In this document: piece after piece, positions 1-13,306 of the stretch
Layout: each line of letters starts with the position of its first letter
Position numbering within the stretch: the first letter of the stretch is position 1
Source: Octopus vulgaris
Lineage: Eukaryota
Direction of reading: 5' to 3'
NCBI GenBank assembly: GCA_951406725.2
Contig: OX597815.1
Location: forward strand, 52,638,001-52,702,000
DNA length: 64,000 bases
Made by a program: the position numbers and the translations under genes
The notes under the pieces: model-generated
What the model saw: the letters and a program-made list of their open reading frames with translations, nothing else
Told to the model about the DNA's origin: nothing
The model's database searches: none

Positions 1-659
1 GTTGGGGTGACAAGTAAGACATTGTACACGTCACGAAACCATATTCGTTCACCAGTGACGACGACTTGCTATTCTCTGCTATTATGTCTCAATAAAGATA
101 GAGCTGACTATCGCTGGAACGCTTTTTAATCATACGTCTACTCCATGAAGGATGACTTGGAAATAAACAACAACAAAAAACCCATTACCCTCCCCGCTCT
201 CCAAACAACTTCCACTACTGCCACCATCACTACCATCACCACTAATACCACCACCACCACCACATCAACAACATCAACAAAAATGAAAACAACTATTCAT
301 TAAGTTGTGTCTGTTATAAGTAATAAAGTATTAAGTCCAACAGCTTGACTCTATTACTCTGAATATTCAGGTCAGCTATAAATTACTGATTTGTGTCAAT
401 ACAAATCCAAGGCAAGTATGAACATGCTTCACATTTGTCATTAATAATTTCACTACATAAAAGATCAGCTTCCATTTGTGCTGACAGGAAATAAATAAAG
501 CTGCAGATAAATATTCACTAGATAAATTATATTGCCTGCCTGGCTTTTATCTCTGTGTTTGTTAGCCTGCTCCTTTGTGTGTATAACACGCACACACGCA
601 CACACACACTCACACACCTGTTATAGTCATCTATTTCCTTTTATCCCTGTTTCTTCACA

Positions 660-953
660 CCTTTCTTTCTTTCTTTCTTTCTTTCTATCTATCTATCTAT
701 TTATCTATCTATCTATCTGTCTGTCTGTCTTTCTATCTGTCTGTCTGTCAAGTTATTTACCTATTATTTACCTACGTTCTCCTCTGTGTCCCCTGTCACT
801 TGGATGCGTGTATATACATATTTACATACATACATACATAAGTACGTACCTCCCTCCATCCATCTATCCATCCATCCATCCATCCATCCATCCATCCATC
901 CATCCATCCATCCATACATACATACATACATACATACATACATACATACATAC
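660..953. repeat. Compound tetranucleotide microsatellite (CTTT)(CTAT)(CTGT)...(CATC)(CATA)
   Basis: Directly visible tandem arrays; source of the spurious 532..1083 ORF. Confidence 0.95.
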
Positions 954-955
954 GT

Positions 956-1198
956 GTAAATGCGTTAACTGTCAGTCTGTAAGCTTGGACTTTCAGAAAA
1001 AGAAATCAACCACTGACTCACACATTACAAATACAATCTGCAAACAGAACAGTAAAACTATGCAAAACTTTTCTCAGGTTTAAAATGTAACAGTCTTTTC
1101 ATAACCTACATTCCAACGAGGAAGGAGCTAGTTTCTTTGTTAGAAACCAGTTCCTTATTCAAAGGAGAAATGCTAATAGGAAAAAACAGAAAGGAACA
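956..1198 (+). mobile_element. 3' end of a REL-endonuclease non-LTR retrotransposon (CATA-associated family)
   Basis: Frameshifted translation [32 protein letters not shown] is homologous to the copies at 47962-48690 and 63790-64000; shared 3'UTR motif TAGAAACCAGTTCCT. Confidence 0.7.
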
Positions 1199-1210
1199 TG
1201 CACAGGTACA

Positions 1211-1380
1211 TACGTACGTATGTATGTATGTATGTATGTATGTATGTATGTATGTATGTATGTATGTATGTATGTGTGTATGTGTGTATGTGTGTATGCA
1301 TGTATGTATGTATGTATGTATGTATGTATGTATGTATGTATGTATGTATGCATGCATGCATGTATGTATGTATGTGTGTG
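1211..1380. repeat. (TATG)n microsatellite
   Basis: Direct. Confidence 0.95.
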
Positions 1381-1455
1381 TGTGTAGCTGTGTTGCAAGA
1401 CGTTTGTATCCCTACCACGAGGTTTCGGGTTCAGTCCCACTGAAAGAAGCCCGTC

Positions 1456-1487
<32 letters not shown>

Positions 1488-1489
<2 letters not shown>

Positions 1490-2352
1490 CAAGAAAGTTA
1501 GAGGTTGTGAAACCAACCAACTAAGGGATAATATATATCCAATATACTGCCGGTAGAATACCCGATTATTAACACACCAATGTTTTTTATTGCATGGCAA
1601 TTATATCACCGAGTGTAATAAATGGGTGAGGCTAAAAAGTTAATTTATCATTAATTTATAGAGCAATAAGAAAATGGAGGGGATCAATAGGTGGTATTCA
1701 TCAACTTTTAGACATATTATGTTATGTCAATTTATTTATTAATTTACAAAAGGATAATTATAATAATAATAACAAAATACATTCATGTATAACATATTAT
1801 GCTTTACATATATAATATATGAAGATATCATTAATTAGTAAAATATAACATATAGGAAGAGAAATTGGGATAATATCTTACAGCTGTTTCAGCTAAGAGG
1901 GAAAAATACCTCATTCTACCTTTATCACTTCAGTGGACTGAAGTAGAAATTGAGGTACTTAGGTGTTTCTCTAGGCTTCGTGAGAGATTTTTTTTGATTG
2001 ATTGCAGAATTAAAAAAAATCTCTGACGAAGCCTAGAGAAACACCCAAGCACCTCAATTTCATGTACTAATTACTTCAGTCCACTGGAGTGATAAAGGTA
2101 AAGTGAGGTATTTTTCCCTCTTGGCTGAAACAGCTGTAAGATATCTCAATTTCTATTTCTGTATGTTATATTTTAATAATTAATGATATCTTTATATATT
2201 ATACATGTAAAGCATAATATGTTATGCATGTATGTATATTGTTATTATTGTTATAATTGTCCTTTTGTGAATTAATAAATAAATTGAAATAACATAACAT
2301 AATGTCTAAAAGTTGATGAATACCACCTATTGATCCCTTCCATTTTCTTATT

Positions 2353-2447
<95 letters not shown>

Positions 2448-2700
2448 TATGTGTTTGAGTATTATCTGGTAATTGATATTTGATATTTGATATTTGATTT
2501 AGATGTATTTCTCCATTTTCTTATCTTGTATTAGTAATTTGTGGTAAATCATTTTACCTTTGCCCATATAATACAGTAAATGAATTGATTGCATCGCATT
2601 CATTAACATTTATGTATTAACTTTGTTGGGTACTTCACTAGGAGTATATTGGATATATGTTATCCCATGGAGGGTTGCATTTACAACCCCTATCTCAATT

Positions 2701-2702
<2 letters not shown>
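1488..2702. mobile_element. Fold-back non-coding Penelope-like element (inverted pseudo-LTR-like arms) within (TA)n
   Basis: Imperfect inverted repeat 1660-1995 / 2012-2357; 1488-1680 also matches 2510-2702 in inverted orientation at lower identity; HHR motif in each inner arm. Confidence 0.75.
2019..2142 (+). ncRNA. Type I hammerhead ribozyme motif with extended stem II
   Basis: Stem I ATCT(2019-22)/AGAT(2139-42); core CTGACGA 2023-29; stem II AGCCTAGAG/CTCTTGGCT; GAAA 2127-30; palindromic stem III ACAGCTGT; cleavage triplet GUA. Confidence 0.75.
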
Positions 2703-2734
<32 letters not shown>

Positions 2735-2980
2735 TGCATGCATATATGTGTGTCTGGGGTGGGGTGTATGTATGTCCTTTTGTCTGTGTTTGTCCTCCAC
2801 CACTGCTTGACAACAGGTGTTTCCGTCTCCGCAACTTAGCGGTTCGGCAAAAGGGTCCTGTAGAATAAGTACTAGGCTTAAAAGATAAATAAATAATGTG
2901 GTCGGTCTATTCGACTAAAAATATTTAAAGCGTAGCCCAAAGATGGATGCAGTCTAATAACTCTAACAAGTAAAAGTTTA

Positions 2981-3018
<38 letters not shown>

Positions 3019-3665
3019 TTGCACGCGCGTCTCCGGGTCTTTTTTCTCTCCTGCCTGTTAAAACCACTGCTTTCCATCCAAGTCAGATCTTCTCATCAAG
3101 AGAGGTAACGTTCTGTCTTGAGAGAGCCAGAATTTTCAAGTATGTCACACACAAACTTTACTCACAGACACATACTTATTGCTAACCTCTAACCCGTAAA
3201 ATTCTTCTCAAGATTGAAACGAACTTTGTTTAATTTTTTTCTCAAATTTTGTCATCTGTCATAATTTACAGCGTAGGCACATTGGACGTTCATGTAATAA
3301 GACCCGATGTTTGTAAACGTTTCTTATATGAAACATGAAAACCTGCACATAAATAAATGTACTATAGATTATTAGGAGAAGACTGATGGTAGATAAAAGA
3401 TGTATAAATAGCAGAAAGTAAAAACAGGTTGGTCATAATGGGTTAAATATAGGTAAGTGTGTACAAGTCAGTACACAAGTGTGTACAAGTCAAGTGTGAC
3501 ATGAATATTAGATATTCGAACAGCTGGTAAACTGGATTGATTGTAGAAATTAAAAGAAGATTATTTTTTCTGTAGAAAATGTTAAAATATTAATCGGAAT
3601 TTGCCTGAAGTGAAAATGCATTTCTGCTTTTCTGTGTGCATGTGTAAATGTAAATTTCAGTGTGT

Positions 3666-4055
3666 TCTTTTATCTTTTACTTGTTTCAGCTATTGGACTG
3701 CGGCCATACTGGGGCACCGCCTTGGAGGGTTTTAGTCAAATAAATCGACACTAGCACTTAGATTTTAAGTCTGGTAGTTATTCTATCGGTCTTTTTTGCT
3801 GAAATGCGAGATTGTTGGGATGTACACAAACCAAAACTGGTTGCCAAGCGGTGGTGGAGGACAAACAAAAACACCCCCCAATACACACACACAACGAACT
3901 TCTTTCAGTTTCCGTCTGCGAAATCCACTCACAGGGCTTCGGTTGGTCCGAGGCTATAGTAGAAGAAACCGGCCAAGGGTGCTACGCAGTAGAATTGATC
4001 CTGGAACCGTGTAGTCAGGGATTAAACTTCTTATTACACAGCTACCCCTGTGCGA
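3666..4055 (-). mobile_element. SINE family A
   Basis: Reverse complement of 19158-19573 (CTTTTACTTGTTTCAG..., TTTCAGTTTCCGTCT, GAGGCTATAGTAGAAG). Confidence 0.9.
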
Positions 4056-4114
4056 TGCATATATTTATCGGTGGTATTAATAACCTATTATATAGTTTTA
4101 TTTATAATATACTC

Positions 4115-4320
4115 AGTCTGAGGAATAGCAGAATCGATAGCACGTCGGAGAAAATACATAGCAGTATTTCTTCCGACTCATGCTCTGAGTTCAAATTCTG
4201 CTAAGGTCAACTTTACCTTTCAAATCTTTCAGGGGCGATAAAAAGCCGGTCAAGTACTGGGGTCAGTGTAATCGACTATCACCTTATACTTGTTGTCCTT
4301 GTTCCAAAAGCCGAAGCCAT
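4115..4320 (+). mobile_element. SINE family B (tRNA-derived), diverged
   Basis: GCAGAATCGATAGCACG...CTGAGTTCAAATTCTGCTAAGGTCAACTTT...GGGGTC matches 4823-5060. Confidence 0.8.
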
Positions 4321-4489
4321 TCACAATAGTCTCCGTATGATTAAGTTATATTGTGTGTTAGATCATACTTTGCAGTTTAGTATGTTAAATGAAAACTTTA
4401 ATAAAATAAACGTTATATGTGTCTGTTGTATGTATAAACTACTAAGTTACTAACTTCCGAAAAAACAACAACTGATATATACATAATAT

Positions 4490-4790
4490 AAATAACAAAC
4501 CTGCATATCCTCACAGCATCCAATAACATCAGATACGTTTGAGTAATTGTTTCAGTTGGAGCACTCACAGCAACAATAAAGACGACATGCTTTGCAGCAT
4601 GAGGTTCTGGATTCTCAGAACTTTTTCCTCCAGGGAGCTACATATCAGCATTCACCCTTTCTCCTCCTTTGTACTGGCACGCCTAGAATACTGCTGCAAC
4701 TGTGGACTCTTCATACCAAAATGTTACGAGAATTGGGTTACCCCAGAGAGCAATCAATAGGGAATAAATGCATGACTGATTTTAATTACA
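4490..4790 (+). mobile_element. CR1/L2-type LINE ORF2 fragment (post-RT region)
   Basis: SWSTH...WILRTFSSRE...SFVLARLEYC resembles the CR1 motif WILRTF.SR...LY.S.VR.RLEY; overlaps in homology with 44040-44560. Confidence 0.65.
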
Positions 4791-4822
4791 TCATCTACAT
4801 AATTTGGTGAATATAATATTGT

Positions 4823-5310
4823 AAAGACGGCGAGCTGGCAGAAACGTTAGCACGCCGGGCGAAATGCTTAGCAGTATTTCGTCTGCCGTTACGTTCTGAG
4901 TTCAAATTCCGCCGAGGTTGACTTTGCCTTTCATCCTTTCGGGGTCGATAAATTAAGTACCAGTTACGCACTGGGGTCGATGTAATCGACTTAATTATTT
5001 TGTCTGTCCTTGTTTGTCCCCTCTATGTTTAGCTCCTTGTAGGCAATAAAAAAAAAGAAACAGTGGTGCCCCAGCATGGCCGCAGCCTTCGGGCTAGAAC
5101 ATTTTAAAGGATTTAAGGATTTAGGCCCGGCGAAATGCTTAGCAGTATTTCGTCTGTCTTAACGGTCTGAGTTCAAATTCCACCGAGGTCGACTTTGCCT
5201 TTCATCCTTTCGGGGTCCATAAATAAAGTACCAGTTGTGTACTTGGGGCGATCTAATCGACTGGCCCCCTCCCCAAAATTTCGGGCCTTGTGCATAGAGG
5301 AGAAAAGAAT
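4823..5310 (+). mobile_element. Two SINE family B copies (4823-5060 near full length; 5125-5310 5'-truncated)
   Basis: A-box-like GAGCTGGCAGAA, B-box-like GAGTTCAAATTCC, core GACTTTGCCTTTCATCCTTTCGGGGTCGATAAA. Confidence 0.9.
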
Positions 5311-6108
5311 ATAAATCTCGCATTACCGTAACGTCAAATAAATTTTTTCTTTTCACTTATATCTAGAGGGAACCACCAAAGATCATATTATTCAGCGTAC
5401 TCTTGTTTGAGATGAAAACATATGAATTACGCTAGACTGACTGCCATTCTTAGCAGATCGAGGACCTTTTAGAGACTTCCCTGTTGACTCAATTTGCAGT
5501 AAGTTGTAGGTTAGAAACTGCTGGGGATGAATAAGCCTAACATGTATTTTGAAAACTAGTAAAAGTTCTGACTTAAAGTCTGAAAGATCGAGTGGAATTG
5601 CAAGCAGGTCGCTGTACTAGTTGGATGAAATTCATTCCAACCTTCATTCCTATGTGGTGCAGTGGTGCAGTGGTTAAAATTGCTCACGTGAAAACCTCGG
5701 CTTCTTTTATCAGAGATAGAAGAAACTGCCTTTGCATTTTGCTCGGCCAGCGTCTCCCAAACGAGGATGCCAAATATTCAGGGTGGCCAATGAAATCCTT
5801 AGACCTAGAAATAGCAGACTGAATCTTTTTCAAGTCACGCTTTGTCATATTGACACATTGGATAAGGTGGCTCCTAGTACACCTTACCCTGAAAAGAACA
5901 ATTTTTTTTCTCGGTATTTCTTTCGGCTCCTTAGTAGCAAAGCTTATATCCTGCAAGGGCAAACTTACCATTTTTCATTTCCGGGTCGATAAAATAAAGA
6001 ATCGGTCAGATTCTGGGTCAATGCAATTAAATCTCGCCTCCTAATTGCTGGCATTGTGCCAAATTCAAAAGTCATCCGCCCCCCTCCTCCTCCTCCTCCT
6101 CCTCCTCC

Positions 6109-6174
<66 letters not shown>

Positions 6175-6360
6175 AGCGAACTGTTAGAATCGTTAGCACG
6201 CTGGCCAAATTGCTTAGCAGCATTTCTTCTGACTTTACGTTTTGAGTTCAAATCCGCCGAAGTCGACTTTGCCTTTCCTGATTTTGGGGTCGAGAAAATA
6301 AGTCCTAGTTGTGCACTGGGGTCGATGCAGCCGACTTATCCCTACCCCGAACTTTGGCCT
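6175..6360 (+). mobile_element. SINE family B
   Basis: Same motifs; follows a (CCT)(CAT)n array. Confidence 0.85.
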
Positions 6361-6538
6361 AGTGTTCTCATTCATTGTCCATGTGAAGGAGGTTATATAC
6401 CGAGCTACCCTGTCATGCTTTTGCAAGTATACTGTTGGTGCCAGTCTGCTGCAGCCAGAGATTATATGGTCAATTGTCTCTGGGAGCTCTCCACAAATGC
6501 GGCATGAGGAGCTACTTTCACATTTTTAGGATGTTACT
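6360..6538 (-). mobile_element. R4/Dong-like LINE CCHC zinc-knuckle fragment
   Basis: Minus translation SSCRICGELPETIDHIISGCSRLAPTVYLQKHDRVARYI. Confidence 0.8.
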
Positions 6539-7329
6539 GGGCCCTAGAGGATCGATGTAAATGACTAGCTTGTCCTCACCCTAAATTCCTCCTCTTGTAC
6601 TTACAGCAGAAAGAATAATAACAATAATACATAAAAATAATAGTAAATAAAACAGCGTATGAATTCCACTTTGTGATAGAGACTAATCTCATAGTGGTGA
6701 TGGGGGGAGAACAAATTTCAGTACGCATGTACTCTAAATCAAGTATGCATGGTCATTTAGAGTTGAAACAAAATGGCTTAAGTATGTCCATTATATTAAT
6801 TTCATTGAAGTGTCAGGTAATAGGTCAAGGATTCACATCTACCAGCAAGTGTTTCTGTTTGTCCGCCTGTTTGAGTAAGGCACTTCATGATAATACGTTT
6901 CTTACTTTACTCGACCTATCCGTTATTTATAGCCTAAGGACTACACCAATTATGTAGACAGTCCTATGATTAAAGGAGCCACATGCTATGACTATCCTGT
7001 TTCTGATTCTTTGTTTTTCAAGTTGCGTGCACCTAGGAGTATATTATCCAATGTGTACTTACTCTTTTAAAACAGTAGGGTGCGATTTGTGGCAGAAGTG
7101 ATTGCTAGTTTTACCAGGCCAAGTGACAACATAGAAGCTTTCTTAGTGTCAGGAAGAGGTATCAGATTTTATAAATTGGTAACTTCAGTGATGTGGATAA
7201 GATTAACAATGATAACCAAGCTAGAAATGTGCTTCACATATTATTGTTACTGTTAATTCGAGGGTGTTCGACCACTATGTATAATGGACACATTATATTT
7301 TTCAAAATGACCGTTGATGTTGTTGTTGT

Positions 7330-8070
<741 letters not shown>

Positions 8071-8072
8071 TT

Positions 8073-8198
8073 CCTTCTTCTTCTTCTCCTTCTTCTTCTT
8101 CTTCTTCTTCTTCTTCTTCTTCTTCTTCTTCTTCTTCTTCTTCTTCTTCTTCTTCTTCTTCTTCTTCTTCTTCTTCTTCTTCTTCTTCTTTTTTCTTC

Positions 8199-8264
<66 letters not shown>

Positions 8265-8290
8265 CTTCATTATCATCATTATTATTATTA
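8073..8290. repeat. (CTT)n(ATT)n compound microsatellite
   Basis: Direct. Confidence 0.95.
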
Positions 8291-9720
8291 CCTTTGCACA
8301 GCTTCTAATGCTGGAGATGTACTACAGTGTCAGCTGTTCACTACCAGTGAACTAAGGTAACACCTCTAATTTTTTAGCACCTTCCGGAGTACTCGAGCGG
8401 TTCCAAGCAGTGCTGTTTTCTGCAAATGTTTTCCCCTTATTGCAGCCCCCATTTGTTCCACGTACTTCTCGAGATTTTTGCTCACTGTTCCCAGGGCTCC
8501 GACAATTATTGGTTCTACTGCTATCTTTTTCATTGACCACAACTGCTTAACTTCCCAAGCTAACCTGACATATCTCTCAACTTTTCTTTCTTCCTTATCG
8601 CATACCTTGTCAGCTGGGCATGCTATATCTATGATCCAGCATAGTTTGTTTTCTTTCCCAATTAAGACAATGTCCGGTTTCCTGTTCTGTATCTCATGGT
8701 CGCACTAAATCATAAAATCCCATAGGATCTTTGCATTTCTATTTTCGACGATGCCTTCAGGTTTGTCGTACCAATTTTTTGCTCTGTCAAGTCCATAATT
8801 GTTGCAGAATGTCCAATGGACAAGCCTGGCTATATTGTGGCGTCTTTTATATTCCTTCTGGACTAGTGACGAACATTGGCTGGTAATATGCCCTATTGGT
8901 TCACCGTTTTGTCCACAGATTCTGCACTTAACACTTTCTGCTGTGTTGTCTCTTCTGTATTTTATGCAGTTTGTTCTTAGTGCTTGCAAGAGTCTCTGTT
9001 TCCGGTTTTAAATCACTTTTAGTCATCCACAGCCATCTTTTTTTCTCTTTCTTATCTTCAACATCCCTATGAAATTGACCATGCATTCTTTTCTTTACAC
9101 ACCTAATTTCAGTTTCATTTGTTTTCAATTTCTTGTATAGTGCTTTATCTTTGAAGTCTTTCCTCCTACACAAGCCTGACCTTCCTATTTCTAATAACAG
9201 CAGTTCTGTGACATTTTTTACATACCATGCTATATTGTTTTCTTCTGCTCTAATGCTGTGCTCGCATCCAATAAGTCCTCTTTTTCTTGGTACATACAGT
9301 CTGTCTGTGTCACTTTTTGGGTGGAGTGTTCCGCATCTAGTTAGCAACTTCTTTGTCTTTCTGCCTAAGCTGTTTAGTTCGTCTACTGTCCATGCGATTA
9401 CCCTTGCTCCGTATCTAAGGAGTGAAACCGCCCAGGTGTTGACAGCTTCGATCTTATTCTGTTCACTTAATTTCGACTTCAGGATCAGTCTCAGTCTGCG
9501 CAAGTACTCTACCTTAAATTTTTCTGTCATTTCTTTCTCCATCAATTTCTCCATTTTCCAAATCTCCAAGTACTATCTGCTTCATAACTTCCGTCCATAA
9601 ATTTGATTTTGCCTCTCTTCAAGACTAACACACCACACTTTCTCAGTCCGAACTCCATTCTGATATCAGCACCTCGTTGCTACACCGTATCAACGAGGGA
9701 ACTGACTTGGGCTTCACCTT
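8290..9720 (-). mobile_element. R4/Dong-like LINE, second subfamily: RT C-terminus, CCHC and REL; frameshifted
   Basis: ORFs 8928..9569 (EYLRRLRLILKSKLS..NKIEAVNTWAV..LRYG, DRLYVPRKRGL, MHGQF) and 8705..8989 (CRICGQNGE..GHITSQC..YKRRH, ILWDF). Confidence 0.92.
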
Positions 9721-9749
9721 TACTATAAAGTTTGAGGTCTATTATTATT

Positions 9750-9960
9750 GAGGCGGCTAACTGCCAGAATCGTTAGCATATAGGACAAAATGCTCAGCGG
9801 CATTTCGTCCGTCCTTAAGTTCTGAGTTAAAATTCCTCCGAGGTTGACTTTGCTTTCGCCCCTTTGGGGTCGATAAAATAAGTAACAGTTTAGCACTGGG
9901 GCGATGTAAACAACCAGTCCCCTCCAACAAACTTTCAAGCCTTATTTCTATAGTAGAGAG
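9750..9960 (+). mobile_element. SINE family B
   Basis: GGCGGCTAACTGCCAGAATCGTTAGC...GAGGTTGACTTTGC...GGGGTCGATAAAATAAGTA. Confidence 0.85.
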
Positions 9961-10719
9961 AATTATTATTATTATTGCGAATGTGGTAAGCTGGCAGAAT
10001 CGTTAGCTCCCTAAATTTTACCCCTTGTGCTTACAGCACTGCCTTTTAATTGTTTGAGAGATTTCACTTCGATTCTACTGCTGCACCTATGTGGATTGGG
10101 TCAAACTGCAGTATGCTGTAATTAGATATACTAAGCTTATCAGACTAAAAGAAATAGGTTTAGTATGAATTATGAACAGATTCAAGTTGTTCGAATAAAT
10201 GAGAGGCTTTTACAGTTAACTTCGAAAAGACAAATAAATAAGGATCAGATTACTGGAAGATGAACGAACCATTTCCAACACGGAAAGCTTTTAGGGGCCG
10301 GTTTAGTGAAATAGTTAAGTAGGAGATGACCTGGGATATCATCAACAAGGGGCGGTGGGTTTCGCTAAAATAGTTAGAGAGAAACGTCAATTTGTTTTGG
10401 CAAACAACGAAGTTGTAGAAAACAATGATACTCTTAGAAGTAAATCTGAGATAAGGCATCGCAAGCGACATACTAGCAACAAGAATGGTTTTCGAAGTTT
10501 TCTTCAATGTAAAACATAATGGATGTGTTGTCTGAGATAGGGTGCGTAAACTGAAACAGGAAGGCACAAAAGCCGCTCGTTTACTTCATCCTCATTCCTG
10601 AAAGCTACATACACAGACCCAAACGCTTTATCTCAGCCATATTATGAGCTTGTTAAGACCAGGAATAAAACGCTGGCTATATATGGATGACTATACACCA
10701 AATATGAAAAGACCTGGAT

Positions 10720-10930
10720 CTAGTGATATGCTTATACGCGTCTGGGAGGAATTCTATTATCGCATTTATGTTGCCTGTGCTGCAGGAGGTGGCCGCATTA
10801 AACATTTGTAAGACAGGAAATAAAAGTTGATTGCGAGTAAATACTTGTAACTTGGCTGGAGTTTTCTATTGCCTTTCCTTATTAAAATATTGCGTAATGA
10901 AATCAGTTCTTTATTTTTGAATAACCCTGT
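10720..10930 (+). mobile_element. Tc1/mariner-superfamily 3' end (transposase C-terminus plus right TIR)
   Basis: DMLIRVWEEFYYRIYVACAAGGGRIKHL* followed by the TIR-like end TTTTTGAATAACCCTG|TA. Confidence 0.6.
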
Positions 10931-11399
10931 ATATTATGCGGACCTGAAACGTACGTATTAAATGCTTTCAAAATGCCACTATTTGGAGACGCTATTTTTT
11001 TTACTATCATACAACGTATTTTAATTGTTCAACCGTGTTTGCTCCTCACACACGTATGATTGTGTGTGTGTGTGTGTACATATAATACATGCAGTACACT
11101 CACACATATATATGTATGTACATGAGAAGCAAACACGATAAGGACAATTAAAATATGGTATATGATAAGAAAATGATGCCTCCAGTAATTAATTAAATTT
11201 AAACAGTGTCACGTAGCATGAGAATTCATCCGAAAATAACTGGATATAAGTCTATAGATAGAATAGTATAAGGATCAACTTATTATATGACAACCAACAG
11301 AGAGGCCATATGTCATTGTTAGATTATAACCGTTGCCATGTTTTTTAATTGCCAACTAACTGCAAGCATGTAGCTATGCCATATATGTATGGTGGTCTA

Positions 11400-12030
11400 T
11401 CTCTCCACTTTTTAAGCAATAAAATATTTGTCCGTTGAAAGGAATCGAGCCCGTTAGGAGCCTTTTTTATGCTCCTAATTTGCTAGAAATAACTACCATA
11501 TCTCCCTCAAAGCATACAATGTGGTCCTGGATGCAAAATGTCAAAGAGAAATGATATTTTATATATAAATGCTTTTGTTTATAAACCATCTGAAATAGGA
11601 CTGATCTGTAGCTGAAGAACAATATGCTCACAATGATCAATACCACACGTTAATACGGGAGCCTCTATGGTCATTCGATTTATTTGAAATAGCAGCAAAA
11701 TGGCCCTCAAATCACATTGTACGGAACTGAAAAAAACCCCAACAAAAACACATCGAATTACATAACCCTAGATATATCATAGCTGCGAAAATTGTGGGGT
11801 TAATCATGGCTGAAATGTTCATAACACTGTTGATCAGAGTTGAGCTGATGCTAAACACCTACCACCACAAAGGCATTTGTCACCATTTTCCACCTCTAAT
11901 AACATTTACCAGAAAGTACTTTTGAGAAATAACGGCCATATCTTGCCCAAAGTACGTGAGCCTCTCATTTAGAAAATAACAACACATTTGAAAAACGTAA
12001 TCTTAGAAGGAGTAGTATCCAATGAGAATT
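11400..12030. repeat. Cluster of an old diverged dispersed repeat (relatives near 5420, 7030, 14950, 46070, 55650)
   Basis: Recurring motif GCTAGAAATA.C..CCA.ATCTCCCTCAAA.CACA and its reverse complement. Confidence 0.5.
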
Positions 12031-12188
12031 ACCTTGAGGCAAACAACCTAACTGAAGTAAATACTTTCCTCATTTCTGCTCAGAAGAACAACCAATTTCA
12101 TAAAGACATTAACGAAATATGTTTTTTGTTTCAAGTTAGTAATATTACTACCTTGAAACAAAAAGCATATTTCGTTAATGTCTGTCAG

Positions 12189-12305
<117 letters not shown>

Positions 12306-12784
12306 GATTGTTCTATTTCAAATACTCATAGGTATTTACTTTTTAATAGAATTGTTTCTGTGATCACTGCAACTGTTATTCTTGTTCTGGCTGTTATGTT
12401 GTCATCGTCGTTGTTGTTGGTGTTGTTACAGTTATCGTTTTTGCTCTTCGTCATCACCAGTTTTTCTGCCAATTCTCATTGTTGTTGACGTTTTGTCTGA
12501 TTACGCTTTCTATTTCTTTCTTGCTATCCATGCCTGCAATCCAATTACAATGTGAGAACTGAAAGAGAATGAAAAATATCAACAGCAGCAATAATAATAT
12601 TAATAATCGTGATTTCTTTACACTTTAATATTATTAACAATAACAACATTGTAACAACAACGACAACAATAGTAAATACAAAAACAACAACAATAAAGAA
12701 AATGATAATGATAATGTTTTTTTAACATTATAATAACTGCATCAATACAAATAAAATAGCAATACTAATAGCAATAATAATAGC

Positions 12785-12843
<59 letters not shown>

Positions 12844-13267
12844 CAACAACAACAACAACAACATCAAATAATCTTAATATAAATACAAACCAGTAATAAT
12901 GGAGACAGTCTGTTATAGAGCTAAACTAGACGTTCAATTCAATAGTCAAAACTAGAATACAAAACTAACTCCCCTCCGCCCCTCAAAAGAAAAAGTGCCT
13001 ACCAAAAATATTCTATTCTCTCATGAAACAAAACTTCAATCAATTAGAGAAGCTGTCCAAGGGGAATTGGTAACCATTTACACACACACACACACACCAG
13101 CCATATAATGATGACGTGTACGATATGCTTTTATCACATACACACCCGATACTCATAACATAAAACATTTATACTTAACGTATACCTCATAGGTTTAGAA
13201 TGTATACACTGTACATCTATAATAAATACCAAGTAATTACAGAATATATATATATATATATGTGCAT

Positions 13268-13306
<39 letters not shown>

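Larger units (their letters stand above)
1385..2978 (+). mobile_element. SINE family A copy split at its internal (TA)n by a ~1.2-kb insertion
   Basis: 5' part 1385-1457 (GGTTCAGTCCCACTG/AAAGAAGCCCGTCG) and 3' part 2745-2978 (CTTAGCGGTTCGGCAAAA...) match the intact copy at 19158-19573. Confidence 0.8.

Noticed and set aside
4823-4915. tRNA-like A/B boxes here and at 19158, 32008 and 43800
   Set aside because: SINE heads continuous with repeated SINE bodies; no complete cloverleaf.
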